Positions 1 to 8,377 of a stretch of DNA of 56,778 bases are shown here, piece after piece. Each line of letters begins with the position of its first letter. Position 1 is the stretch's first letter. The notes under the pieces are model-generated. The model searched no databases. It saw only the letters and a list, made by a program, of their open reading frames with translations, and had not been told where the DNA came from. The stretch comes from a virus. The stretch lies in IMG/VR virus record IMGVR_UViG_3300010267_000002; one strand, 5' to 3'. Made by a program: the position numbers and the translations under genes.

Positions 1-123
1 AGCACCATCATGGGGTCAGAAAGTTAGCTCAGAAGATATAGGATTTAAAGAGCCAGACGATATGAGCTTCTTATCGTATAATGTGTATGATGGCAAAGTG
101 TTTGATATATACAAGGAGGAGGA
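1..123. repeat. Terminal direct repeat (copy 1): identical to 56656-56778. Assembly overlap of a circular or circularly permuted genome.
   Basis: Base-by-base comparison of both window ends. The repeat lies inside the polymerase reading frame. Confidence 0.95.
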
Positions 124-130
124 GGAATAG
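2..130 (+). CDS. polA: DNA polymerase I (family A), C-terminal end; continuation of 54746..56778 across the circular junction
   Basis: Frame 2 reads ...APSWGQKVSSEDIGFKEPDDMSFLSYNVYDGKVFDIYKEEEE* with TAG at 128-130, in phase with the ORF running off the 3' end of the window. Confidence 0.85.
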   Translation, partial: APSWGQKVSSEDIGFKEPDDMSFLSYNVYDGKVFDIYKEEEE

Positions 131-132
131 TT

Positions 133-483
133 ATGAAAGATGCAAAGGTGAAAGCACCAAAGCGTATCTGGGATAATTACAAGGTAATAGGTGAGACGCT
201 AAAGTCAGATCGTATAAAGTTAGTGGTTGCTGCTGCAATTAGAGACGGTGTGAAGTACATCAATATCAGAGAATTCTACTTGAGGCAAAGAGACAATGAA
301 TGGAGACCTGGTAGAGACGGTATAACGGTACCAATAAACATACCAATCAATAAGGGTACTGATATGGTATTTCCTTATGATGCATTTATTACACTGCTAG
401 CTGCTGCAGCTAAAGAACTAAAAGATATGCCATTATATGACAGCAATAATGCAGTTTATTATATAAGGAAGGAAAAGAAATGA
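133..483 (+). CDS. Hypothetical protein (weak resemblance to PC4/YdbC-type ssDNA-binding proteins)
   Basis: 116-aa ORF. SD GGAGGAGG lies at 115-122 and the ATG at 133. Confidence 0.65.
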   Translation: MKDAKVKAPKRIWDNYKVIGETLKSDRIKLVVAAAIRDGVKYINIREFYLRQRDNEWRPGRDGITVPINIPINKGTDMVFPYDAFITLLAAAAKELKDMPLYDSNNAVYYIRKEKK

Positions 484-962
484 GACGCATAGCCGGGTTC
501 TCAAATTACTTTATAAATGAGTACGGCGATGTATACAGCGCGAAATCTAACAAAATACTGAAGCCTGGGACCTACGCTAACGGCTACAGATACGTTCAAA
601 TACGTGGTGATGACGGAGTACTAAAAAATAAACGTGTGCATGTACTAGTAGCCGAAACCTTTATACCTAACGAACTAGGTTTACCACAGGTGCATCATAA
701 AGATGGGGACAAGCTCAATAACAGGGTTAGTAATCTAGAGTGGTGCACCGGTAGCTATAACCAGCAGCAAAGCGCGTATAAGAAGTATAAGGCAGTAGAA
801 ATGTTAGATTTAAACGGCAAACACCTGCGGACATTCAAATCATTAAAAGATGCGGCTATTACTACGGGTATACCGGACAGTTCCATAAGTAGGGTTTGCA
901 ATGGTCAGAGAAAGACAGCAGGAAATTATAAATGGAGGTATGTTAAAGATGCTGAAACTTAA
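480..962 (+). CDS. HNH homing endonuclease (NUMOD4-like N-terminus, HNH_3-type core, C-terminal helix-turn-helix (HTH)-like module)
   Basis: Motifs seen: FSNYFINEYGDVYS, VHHKDGDKLNNRVSNLEW, and SISRVCNGQRKTAGNYKW. Confidence 0.85.
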   Translation: MRRIAGFSNYFINEYGDVYSAKSNKILKPGTYANGYRYVQIRGDDGVLKNKRVHVLVAETFIPNELGLPQVHHKDGDKLNNRVSNLEWCTGSYNQQQSAYKKYKAVEMLDLNGKHLRTFKSLKDAAITTGIPDSSISRVCNGQRKTAGNYKWRYVKDAET

Positions 963-1917
963 AGATTTAGAAATAGGTAAGTCATACGTAATACCTCTAG
1001 TAGTTCTTTCAGCAACTGCTAGGGAGACGAAAGCAAAGAAGCCATATTTAGCATTAGAATTATATGACGGTACAGATAAGATAACAGCTAACTATTGGGA
1101 ATGGTCTGGTAAAGTAGTACCTGAAAAGAATACTATATTAAATGTAAGTGGACAAGTCATTGAGTGGCAAGGGACAAAGCAGCTAAATGTACGCGGGTTC
1201 ACTACAAATACTGAAAAGCATATCAGTGAGTTCATGCCATCATCTAGTCTAGACATTGCAACAGTATACAAAGATGCTTATGAATTAGCTTCTAATATAG
1301 GAGACGAATTTCTAAGGTCACTGTGCCTAGGGGTTTTAGACGATTTACGTAGCTTATGGTTAACAGCACCGGCAGCCAAGGGTATACATCATGCTTATGC
1401 AGCTGGTACACTGATACATAGCTTATCAGTTGCACAAATAGCAAAGTCGATAGCAGCCGCAATACCTGAAGCCAATGAAGCACTAGTGGTAGCAGGGGGG
1501 TTGTTACATGACGTTGGTAAACTATTTGGTTACCGAATAAATGGTATAGTCTGTGAAATGACAGATGAAGGTAAGTTATTTGATCACCTATTCATTGGTG
1601 CAGAATTTGTAGGTAACCACGCGGAGAACCTGAATTTACTTAAAGATACTAGGGCTGAAGCTAAGCTGGAGATTCTTCGCCACATCATCCTATCACATCA
1701 TGGTAAACAAGAGCACGGCGCTGTAGTTTCTCCAGTAGCTCTTGAGGCCTATATTGTATTTCACGCTGATGCAATTGATGCGGCAGCAGAGATGATAAGG
1801 GATGCAAGTAAGAAGGTTGAGAACTCCAAGTGGACTGAAAAGATTTGGGCGTTAGATAATAAACCTCATCTAACCACTGATTACGTTCAGGCAGTAATGC
1901 GCGGCAATATTGAGTGA
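949..1917 (+). CDS. OB-fold plus HD-domain nuclease, YhaM-like 3'-5' exoribonuclease
   Basis: N-terminal OB-like segment, then HD motifs HHAYAAGTLIHS, LLHDVGK, ILSHHG and FHADAID. Start refined to ATG 949, which is 10 nt after GGAGG; the track start is 901. Confidence 0.75.
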   Translation: MLKLKDLEIGKSYVIPLVVLSATARETKAKKPYLALELYDGTDKITANYWEWSGKVVPEKNTILNVSGQVIEWQGTKQLNVRGFTTNTEKHISEFMPSSSLDIATVYKDAYELASNIGDEFLRSLCLGVLDDLRSLWLTAPAAKGIHHAYAAGTLIHSLSVAQIAKSIAAAIPEANEALVVAGGLLHDVGKLFGYRINGIVCEMTDEGKLFDHLFIGAEFVGNHAENLNLLKDTRAEAKLEILRHIILSHHGKQEHGAVVSPVALEAYIVFHADAIDAAAEMIRDASKKVENSKWTEKIWALDNKPHLTTDYVQAVMRGNIE

Positions 1918-1966
1918 GCAGCCGGCGTACTTTTCTATAGAACCTATGTACAACTGCTATATATTA

Positions 1967-1975
1967 TGTTATAAT
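1967..1975 (+). promoter_or_regulatory. Extended -10 promoter element TGTTATAAT, followed by a 12-bp 5'-UTR hairpin (2007-2034) abutting the SD of the 2052 gene
   Basis: TGTTATAATATAAT, then ATACCCAGCAGG-GTT-CCTGCTGGGTAT, then AAAAGGAGG. Confidence 0.5.
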
Positions 1976-2051
1976 ATAATAGAAGCTGAAGTTCTCAGCA
2001 AAAGTCGATACCCAGCAGGGTTCCTGCTGGGTATTAAAAGGAGGTTTAGTC

Positions 2052-2909
2052 GTGAAGCTTGCAGAAAGTTATGCAAACGCATCTATTGTAAAGACATTTG
2101 ATAAAGATGGTAAGGCCTATGCAACGATAAGTTACACTTGTGACCGTTGTGGTGGATCAGGTATTTTCTATGTTGCTGTACACAATGGCCGCGGCGTCCC
2201 TGCATTGCCAGATGCTGGTGTTTGCTATAAGTGCAACGGTAAAGGCAAAGTAACAAAGAATGTTCGTATGTACACAGACATAGAGTACGAGCACATGCAA
2301 CGTTCAAAGAAAAGGACTGATGAAAAGAAGCGTAAAGAACGTGACGCTAAAGTGGCAGAACAAAATCTACGTACGCTGAACAAATACGGGTTTGAGAATG
2401 TTGATGCTTATATAGTACTTGGCAACACATACGACATCAAGGATGAACTAAAAGAAGCTGGCGCTAAATTCTCTCCAGAATTACGTTGGGTACTGCCTAC
2501 AGAGCCTACCTGGTTAACAACTCATAGTTATGTGAAGGTATCAGTTGCAGATATCTTTATAATATCTAATGGTTACCTTGTGTTAAGAGATGACATACGT
2601 GAATTCAGAAATGCACTTGAACCAGTACGTGGTGAATACATTGGTAAGGTTGGTCAAAGACTCAGTGTCACAGCGACATTAACTAAAGCTGTACCTTATG
2701 ATGCATCGTTTGGCTACCAAAGAAGAATGACAACAGGGTATATCTACATATTTGAGACTGCTGATGGTAACACATTAGTATGGAAAACTACGAGTGCCTT
2801 GTTGGACACTGGTAAAGAGTACGATATTGTAGGTACAGTAAAGGAACATAGCGAATATAATAAAGTCAGACAAACGGTGCTGACGCGCTGTAAAATACAG
2901 GGGGTATGA
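2052..2909 (+). CDS. Hypothetical protein with a DnaJ-type CxxCxGxG zinc finger
   Basis: GTG start 7 nt after AGGAGG. Motifs CDRCGGSG and CYKCNGKG. Confidence 0.7.
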   Translation: MKLAESYANASIVKTFDKDGKAYATISYTCDRCGGSGIFYVAVHNGRGVPALPDAGVCYKCNGKGKVTKNVRMYTDIEYEHMQRSKKRTDEKKRKERDAKVAEQNLRTLNKYGFENVDAYIVLGNTYDIKDELKEAGAKFSPELRWVLPTEPTWLTTHSYVKVSVADIFIISNGYLVLRDDIREFRNALEPVRGEYIGKVGQRLSVTATLTKAVPYDASFGYQRRMTTGYIYIFETADGNTLVWKTTSALLDTGKEYDIVGTVKEHSEYNKVRQTVLTRCKIQGV

Positions 2910-3127
2910 TTATGATGTATTTACCAGACATGTTTGTAGCCTCAAAGGACAGCGACACGCATAGGGTTTGCGGGACGTGCGGTGAATTGAAGGAACTTGA
3001 TCAGTTCTACAAGGATGGCAAAGACAGCCACGGTAGAGTGAGGTACCGCAGGGACTGCAAAGACTGCTACAAGCGAGCAAGAATACTTGAGGCAAATATG
3101 AAGAAAAAAGGAGGTGCAAAGAAATGA
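2906..3127 (+). CDS. Small zinc-ribbon protein (CxxCG...CKxCY family)
   Basis: Motif CGTCGELKELDQFYKDG...RRDCKDCY. Its start overlaps the upstream stop. Confidence 0.65.
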   Translation: MIMMYLPDMFVASKDSDTHRVCGTCGELKELDQFYKDGKDSHGRVRYRRDCKDCYKRARILEANMKKKGGAKK

Positions 3128-3315
3128 CAACAATGAGATGTCCGTCATGCTCAGTAGATCTTGGGAGCCAGAAGACAATCACAGCTATAGAAGGTTTCCT
3201 GTTCTGCAATGACTGTGTAAAGGTTAAATACAGTGAGCAGGATATCATGGACCTAAGTGAGGAAGTAGTACCGGCAGATATAGGCATTGAACCTGAAATC
3301 AAGGAGGTTGAGTAA
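3124..3315 (+). CDS. Small zinc-ribbon protein
   Basis: Motif CPSC...CNDC. Translationally coupled (ATGA overlap). Confidence 0.6.
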   Translation: MTTMRCPSCSVDLGSQKTITAIEGFLFCNDCVKVKYSEQDIMDLSEEVVPADIGIEPEIKEVE

Positions 3316-3316
3316 T

Positions 3317-3523
3317 ATGACATTAGCTGATTTGTTTGAAAGGGTGGATGCAATACGCAATACCACGAATGCTATGAAGGCCAAAAAGAAACCAACCATT
3401 GTAGTTAATGCAGAAGAACATCCAGTTCATATCGTCGATCAGGTAAGAGCTATGACTGCTGGTACACCACAACGTATAACAAGAGCTTGTAACAGGTACT
3501 TTGCACACAGTGTATTTAAATAA
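3317..3523 (+). CDS. Hypothetical protein
   Basis: ATG 3317 lies after AAGGAGG (3301-3307). Same frame as the track ORF 3287..3523. Confidence 0.55.
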   Translation: MTLADLFERVDAIRNTTNAMKAKKKPTIVVNAEEHPVHIVDQVRAMTAGTPQRITRACNRYFAHSVFK

Positions 3524-3532
3524 GGAGGTAAG

Positions 3533-3808
3533 ATGACAATGGCACAAACGTTAGAGCAGTTATTGAAAGTAACACCAGATGAGGAACTAATTGATATTCA
3601 GATTGAGCTCACGAATGCTGTTGTACCTGCAACAGGTTACGCACGTAGCTTCTGTCGTAAAGTAAACAAGATGATTGACAGGGGTACGCTATGCATCAAC
3701 CCTACAACATACCGCAAGGTCTATTTACCAACATTAGCAAAAGCAGTGCAGAAAGAACTTGCTAGACGTTACGTAGAAAAAGTACTGGTGGGTAGGATTG
3801 AGCTATGA
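3533..3808 (+). CDS. Hypothetical protein
   Basis: 91-aa ORF. SD AAGGAGG lies upstream. Confidence 0.6.
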   Translation: MTMAQTLEQLLKVTPDEELIDIQIELTNAVVPATGYARSFCRKVNKMIDRGTLCINPTTYRKVYLPTLAKAVQKELARRYVEKVLVGRIEL

Positions 3809-4158
3809 AGAGACTAACAACTAAAGTGACTTACAAGGTGCCAGTATGGCCTTACTGCAATCATGACAACAAAAAATCTACACCATTAACTAGGTGCAGA
3901 TTCTGCACTGACCTAGGCAAGTACGGGTTCACGTGTGTGTTGCATAATGAACAGCTATCTTCGACAGGTGTACTCATCAACAAATGCGATAGTTGTATGA
4001 AGAAGCAGGGCGTTGTAGAGGATGTACCTACAGTATCGCCAAAGGACCTGATGACCTATGCGATCAAAGAATATCGCAAGTTGTATCAGAATTTATTACG
4101 TCAAGGCTTTCCAGAGCCAATAGCCGATAAGATAGCACAAGAGGGGGTTTTGAAATGA
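3805..4158 (+). CDS. Hypothetical Cys-rich protein
   Basis: 117-aa ORF, coupled to the upstream stop. Confidence 0.6.
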   Translation: MKRLTTKVTYKVPVWPYCNHDNKKSTPLTRCRFCTDLGKYGFTCVLHNEQLSSTGVLINKCDSCMKKQGVVEDVPTVSPKDLMTYAIKEYRKLYQNLLRQGFPEPIADKIAQEGVLK

Positions 4159-4346
4159 GTGACAGATTGCCAAAGTGCGATTTTTGCGATGAACGAGCTA
4201 GATATGATGTGAGAATACCGTTATTCTCAACTTGGGGTTATGTGTGTGAAACACACTTCCAGCAGTTTGACTGTAAGCTAGGAACAGGTCGTGGGCAGAG
4301 GTTGATATTGAAGGAGGATAAGTCGAATGACGACAAAAGTCTGTAG
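4155..4346 (+). CDS. Small zinc-ribbon protein
   Basis: Motif CDFCDERA...CETH. Coupled start. Confidence 0.55.
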   Translation: MSDRLPKCDFCDERARYDVRIPLFSTWGYVCETHFQQFDCKLGTGRGQRLILKEDKSNDDKSL

Positions 4347-4893
4347 GCAATGCGGCGAGATAAAGCCAATAGAACAATTCCGTAAGTACTACGGTGGCCG
4401 TAAAGGTACCTACAACACTTGCAAGTTCTGCGAAAAGATAAACTCGCGGGAAAAGTATCTGGCACGCAAGGAGTCCAATGGTACAATAACCGAGGCTGAA
4501 CGAGAGGAGCTACACAAGATACACGAGCTCTGGATGCATCAGAAGACACTAGGGCTTAAGCCGCCAAGATTTGCTAAGGGCAAGAGCACACCAATATCTG
4601 AAAGTTTAGATGATTTGGTGGCTAAGTATGCTGAACAAGCTAACGCAGTAAAAGAAGCTACCAATGAAGATATTCCAGCAGAGTTAGCCAAGTGGCTGGT
4701 AGCAGAATTAACTGAGGAACCTGAGTACTATCAGGAAGAGATCTATGAGGCGCTGAGAGCTAAGTACAGACCGCAGATAAGCATTGACAAAGACACAATG
4801 TTACCAGTATACGATGATACATACCGAAAAGTACTACAGGATATTTCTGCTAGATTCGACGAATACGAGGATTCATACTATGACAAGAAATAA
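4327..4893 (+). CDS. Zinc-ribbon protein; paralogue of 7133..7678 on the opposite strand
   Basis: N-terminus CRQCGEIKPIEQF...YNTCKFCE. C-terminus ELTEEPEYYQ...RFDEYEDSYY, shared with the 181-aa minus-strand ORF. Confidence 0.7.
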   Translation: MTTKVCRQCGEIKPIEQFRKYYGGRKGTYNTCKFCEKINSREKYLARKESNGTITEAEREELHKIHELWMHQKTLGLKPPRFAKGKSTPISESLDDLVAKYAEQANAVKEATNEDIPAELAKWLVAELTEEPEYYQEEIYEALRAKYRPQISIDKDTMLPVYDDTYRKVLQDISARFDEYEDSYYDKK

Positions 4894-4949
4894 TATGGAT
4901 ACCAGCTCAAGATTATATAGCGGCCATGAGCCGCGGAAGGGAGGATATT

Positions 4950-5126
4950 ATGAAAGAGACAACCGGTATCGTGCGGAGAATTGATGATCTTGGCAGGGTA
5001 GTTATACCCAAAGATATTCGACGGACATTAAGGATAAGAGAAGGCGATCCCCTGGAGATATTCATCGATGGAGAAGTAATACTGATACGACGGGCTGAGT
5101 TCGCCAAGAAGGAGGTGATAATATGA
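4950..5126 (+). CDS. AbrB/SpoVT-family DNA-binding protein
   Basis: Motif GIVRRIDDLGRVVIPKDIRRTLRIREGDPLEIF. ATG 4950 lies after GGGAGG. Confidence 0.8.
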   Translation: MKETTGIVRRIDDLGRVVIPKDIRRTLRIREGDPLEIFIDGEVILIRRAEFAKKEVII

Positions 5127-5419
5127 AACGACTCATAGCAATGGTAGTACTTGTATGTTTAATTGCTGCGCCGCTCGCCGCATGTACGCCAGGCAACAAA
5201 GTAATAGAACAGGTAGAGAAAACCAGTAGGTTTAGGTTGTCAGATGCAGAAAAGGTACTTGCAGACATAAAAGCCGAGTTAGCAAAAAAAGTAAAGCCTG
5301 AATACTTCGAGTCAGACGAATGGAAAGCATTTGTAGATGCGTACTGGGAAGGCTATAACCAGGGCCAGGCGCAGATGAAAGAACCTGAGTATAAAGATAT
5401 GACAGACATACAGTATTAG
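5123..5419 (+). CDS. Putative lipoprotein
   Basis: Signal peptide MKRLIAMVVLVCLIAAPLAAC, with a lipobox-like LAAC. Confidence 0.7.
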   Translation: MKRLIAMVVLVCLIAAPLAACTPGNKVIEQVEKTSRFRLSDAEKVLADIKAELAKKVKPEYFESDEWKAFVDAYWEGYNQGQAQMKEPEYKDMTDIQY

Positions 5420-5435
5420 GAAGGAGGAGGCCTTA

Positions 5436-5603
5436 ATGGATGAGGATTTCATTAAGATATTGGATGTAGTGTACCAGGTTGCTGAATTTAATGGCATGTA
5501 TTATAGAGCACTGCTAGAGCAAGGATTTGATGAGGATCAAGCATTAGAGCTAGTAGGAACAGTGACAGCTGCAATGCTTACAAGTAATAAGGAGGACTGC
5601 TAA
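5436..5603 (+). CDS. Small hypothetical protein (55 aa, below the track cutoff)
   Basis: GGAAGGAGGAGG, then 6 nt, then the ATG. Reads MDEDFIKILDVVYQVAEFNGMYYRALLEQGFDEDQALELVGTVTAAMLTSNKEDC*. Confidence 0.55.
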   Translation: MDEDFIKILDVVYQVAEFNGMYYRALLEQGFDEDQALELVGTVTAAMLTSNKEDC

Positions 5604-5607
5604 AAGA

Positions 5608-6723
5608 ATGAAAAAGATAGAGTTAACTATAGTAAGCGATTATGTCCCGTCATGGGGCATAGCCGATGCTATACGTGAATTATTTCAGAATGCATTAGAT
5701 CAGGAAGCACAATGTAGCGACAACAAGGCGTCATGGGAGTATGACGCCGCAACACAGACGTTAAGTATCAGTAACAAGAAGTCAGTGTTAACTACAAAAT
5801 CACTATTGCTTGGTTCGACAACTAAGTTCGGCGACCCAGCGACGATAGGCCAATTTGGTGAGGGTTACAAAATAGCAACCCTGGTGCTTCTCAGAAATAA
5901 TAAGCCTGTAGTATTCTATAACTACGGGTGCCGTGAAGTGTGGCGGCCAAGGTTTGTCAAGTCACGGCGCTTCGGCGCTGATGTGTTAACGTTCTTTATC
6001 GACACTAAGCACCCATGGTCCAAAGTACCCGACGAGGACCTAACGATAAAGATACATAATATCAGCGAAGATGAGTGGAACAATATAATAGTACCTACAA
6101 ACTTGCACCTCATGACAGACTACACAGTAATAAATGACACTGAGTTTGGTCAGATACTGGACATACCTAGCAAGGTATTTGTTAATGGCTTGTTTGTATG
6201 TGACTATGCAGAGTACACGTACGGTTATAACTTCAAGCCCGGTGTGCTGAGACTCGACCGGGATCGCAAACTGGCCTCAGACTTTGATCTCAAGTGGCTT
6301 GCATCTAAGATGTGGCGTGTGGCGAAGGGTCCAGATGTGTTACTACACGTAACTAAGTTGCTCGAAGCAGGCGCCGCTGACGTACAGTACATAGCAGATA
6401 CCTCCATAGGTTCACTACAGCATATAGCCCGCGAGGCGTACCTTCAGTTCACAGAGACGTATGGCAGCAACGCCGTGCCCGTCAGTAGCCAGTATGAGGC
6501 ATCCAAGGTGCCCTACACCCACAAACCTATTATAGTTAATGAAACCTACAAGCGTGTTATAACGTCATCAACACTATACAGCGCCCCCGAGCCAATGCCA
6601 GAGCCTCCCTCAATATCTGAGAGACTAACAGATTGGCTGCGCAAGTATGGTGATGAGCTATCAGTAGAGGCCTCAGCAGAGCTTGAGGAGCTCATAGAGA
6701 CAATCAGAGAGGAGGGGTATTAA
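5608..6723 (+). CDS. GHKL/Bergerat-fold ATPase-like protein
   Basis: N-box-like AIRELFQNALDQ and a G-box-like GQFGEGYKIA. Confidence 0.6.
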   Translation: MKKIELTIVSDYVPSWGIADAIRELFQNALDQEAQCSDNKASWEYDAATQTLSISNKKSVLTTKSLLLGSTTKFGDPATIGQFGEGYKIATLVLLRNNKPVVFYNYGCREVWRPRFVKSRRFGADVLTFFIDTKHPWSKVPDEDLTIKIHNISEDEWNNIIVPTNLHLMTDYTVINDTEFGQILDIPSKVFVNGLFVCDYAEYTYGYNFKPGVLRLDRDRKLASDFDLKWLASKMWRVAKGPDVLLHVTKLLEAGAADVQYIADTSIGSLQHIAREAYLQFTETYGSNAVPVSSQYEASKVPYTHKPIIVNETYKRVITSSTLYSAPEPMPEPPSISERLTDWLRKYGDELSVEASAELEELIETIREEGY

Positions 6724-6960
6724 AGCCAAATTCTTTAACGTAATTGAGAAAGAAGGACCGTAGAGCGCCGCTGTGGGGATGATAACTGGGAGCCAGTCGA
6801 GTTCATGGAGCTGACAATCGGGGACGTATTCCGCATGTACGAAGATACTGGCGAGCCCGTGATAGATCAGAATGGCCACAACGAATGGATTGCTACTGGT
6901 AAGCCATACATAAACAAAGATGGCATACCTACAATCAAAGCCTACAGTGGCTAAATGAGA

Positions 6961-6989
6961 GGACCAGTCGAATGACTGGTCCTTTTCTT
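6961..6989 (+). terminator. Rho-independent terminator closing the rightward early block
   Basis: GGACCAGTC-GAAT-GACTGGTCC followed by TTTTCTT. Confidence 0.7.
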
Positions 6990-7155
6990 ATGAGCATTTC
7001 TTCAGATACATGATAGCCAAGTCATGATGATATACAGGTAATCGTCCTTTCAGTATTGTCACAATCTCTACATACTTCAGTATGTTGTCTAATGTGGGCT
7101 TAGCTTTCATTTGATGTTTTGCGTCCATATAATCACCAAACGTAATTGTCTTCAT
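6988..7155 (-). CDS. Hypothetical protein
   Basis: ATG at 7155 lies after GGAGG (reverse complement of CCTCC at 7166-7170). Same frame as the track ORF 6988..7185. Confidence 0.5.
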   Translation of the reverse strand: MKTITFGDYMDAKHQMKAKPTLDNILKYVEIVTILKGRLPVYHHDLAIMYLKKCS

Positions 7156-7678
7156 ACTCGTCAAACCTCCTTGCAACAGCCTCAAACTTCTCCCTGTATT
7201 TAGGTTGTATCTTATTATCCGGTCCTAAACACTTAGTCATAAGCTCCTCCAACATATTTTGATATACGTCAGGCTCCTCAGTTAATTCTAATGTCATTAA
7301 CCTATCGTACTCATCCATCAACTCGTCACCAATACCCATCACCTCAGCAAGATATCTGTCAACGGATGTCTTCTTAGCCTCCTTGGTTAGACCCAGCACT
7401 TCAGCAGCGTAACGTCCCTTCGGCGAGAGACCACAGGCATGCAGTGTCTCATACAGAACCTTGGCTTGCTCCAGCAGCGCAACCTGTTTAGGCGTACGCG
7501 CTTTACTGTTATAAGCTACTGTAACAGCTTGATTGAAGTTTTCACATTCCTTACAGACGGTATGGTGACCTACTGTAGTATTGTAGATTCCCTTGCCCCT
7601 TGGTTTGTAAGGTCTATAACTACTAATTGGTAATAGCCTGCCACATTGTACACAGGCTTTAGTCGCATCCAAGTGCAT
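7133..7678 (-). CDS. Zinc-ribbon protein; paralogue of 4327..4893
   Basis: Motifs CVQCGRLLPISSY...CKECE and C-terminal ELTEEPDVYQ...RFDEYEDNY. Confidence 0.7.
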   Translation of the reverse strand: MHLDATKACVQCGRLLPISSYRPYKPRGKGIYNTTVGHHTVCKECENFNQAVTVAYNSKARTPKQVALLEQAKVLYETLHACGLSPKGRYAAEVLGLTKEAKKTSVDRYLAEVMGIGDELMDEYDRLMTLELTEEPDVYQNMLEELMTKCLGPDNKIQPKYREKFEAVARRFDEYEDNYVW

Positions 7679-8243
7679 GTTTTCGCCTCCTTAACTTCGA
7701 GAGTATTAGGTCTGTATTTGGACACCAACCACCACGTTTGTAGTCAGCTATGTAGTCCCGAATGATTTGATGTAATTCTTCGCATTCTTCAATCGTTAAT
7801 ACATTCATTTTGGCACTCAAGCGCTTATAACGCAAATACCTGTCAGAGCAGTGATTACACACCTCATCAGATCCGACTGGCACAGTTGCAGTGACGCCGC
7901 AACGCTTACATGTAATAGTTTTCTTAGCGACTGCCTGCTTAGCAGAGGCTATTGAGCTCAAGTACTGCTCAATTATCTGACGCTGCTGCCAAATATCCGG
8001 CGGCGCCTCAAAACCTTGCTGTGCTTTGTCACACCAGTACAGTATCTTTTGGTAGTACGTATTTATCGACTTTTCTGAACTTCGTATATTAATGCGACCT
8101 TTGCTTACTTTGTAGCTTTGCCAAGCCTTACCACAAGCTTCACATTTGTCACTGTGTAAATAATGCGCTAGAACATTTTCTGCACCGCAACATACACATC
8201 TACTAACTTCGCGTACTACACGTAAGTCATCCGTAAGGAACAT
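7659..8243 (-). CDS. Multi-zinc-ribbon protein; possibly N-terminally longer (see the ATA-start finding)
   Basis: 194-aa ORF with several CxxC pairs: CVCCG, CEACG, CKRCG and CNHC. Confidence 0.7.
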   Translation of the reverse strand: MFLTDDLRVVREVSRCVCCGAENVLAHYLHSDKCEACGKAWQSYKVSKGRINIRSSEKSINTYYQKILYWCDKAQQGFEAPPDIWQQRQIIEQYLSSIASAKQAVAKKTITCKRCGVTATVPVGSDEVCNHCSDRYLRYKRLSAKMNVLTIEECEELHQIIRDYIADYKRGGWCPNTDLILSKLRRRKHALGCD

Positions 8244-8290
8244 CTTTTGACCTGTCCTATCATTTATACCTAAATATTGTGCTATATCAA

Positions 8291-8312
8291 CACCTCCTGA
8301 TTATATTATACG
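8291..8312 (-). promoter_or_regulatory. Promoter/SD cassette CGTATAATATAAT-AGGAGGTG (minus-strand copy)
   Basis: The reverse complement reads CGCGTATAATATAATCAGGAGGTG. Near-identical cassettes precede terS (13987) and the scaffold gene (18657). Confidence 0.55.
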
Positions 8313-8377
8313 CGTTTTGTTCATTTGTTATAGCTTCAAGTGTAAAAAAAGTTAATCATATGATGTTTGTGTGTTAG

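Noticed and set aside
6748-6954. Protein-like open frame after the GHKL ATPase gene (…CGDDNWEPVEFMELTIGDVFRMYEDTGEPVIDQNGHNEWIATGKPYINKDGIPTIKAYSG*)
   Set aside because: The translation looks protein-like, but the only start codon is ATG 6805, which has no SD. The frame is closed by three stops between 6721 and 6747, so it is not a read-through of the upstream gene. I left it unannotated. It may be a gene remnant or may use an unusual start.
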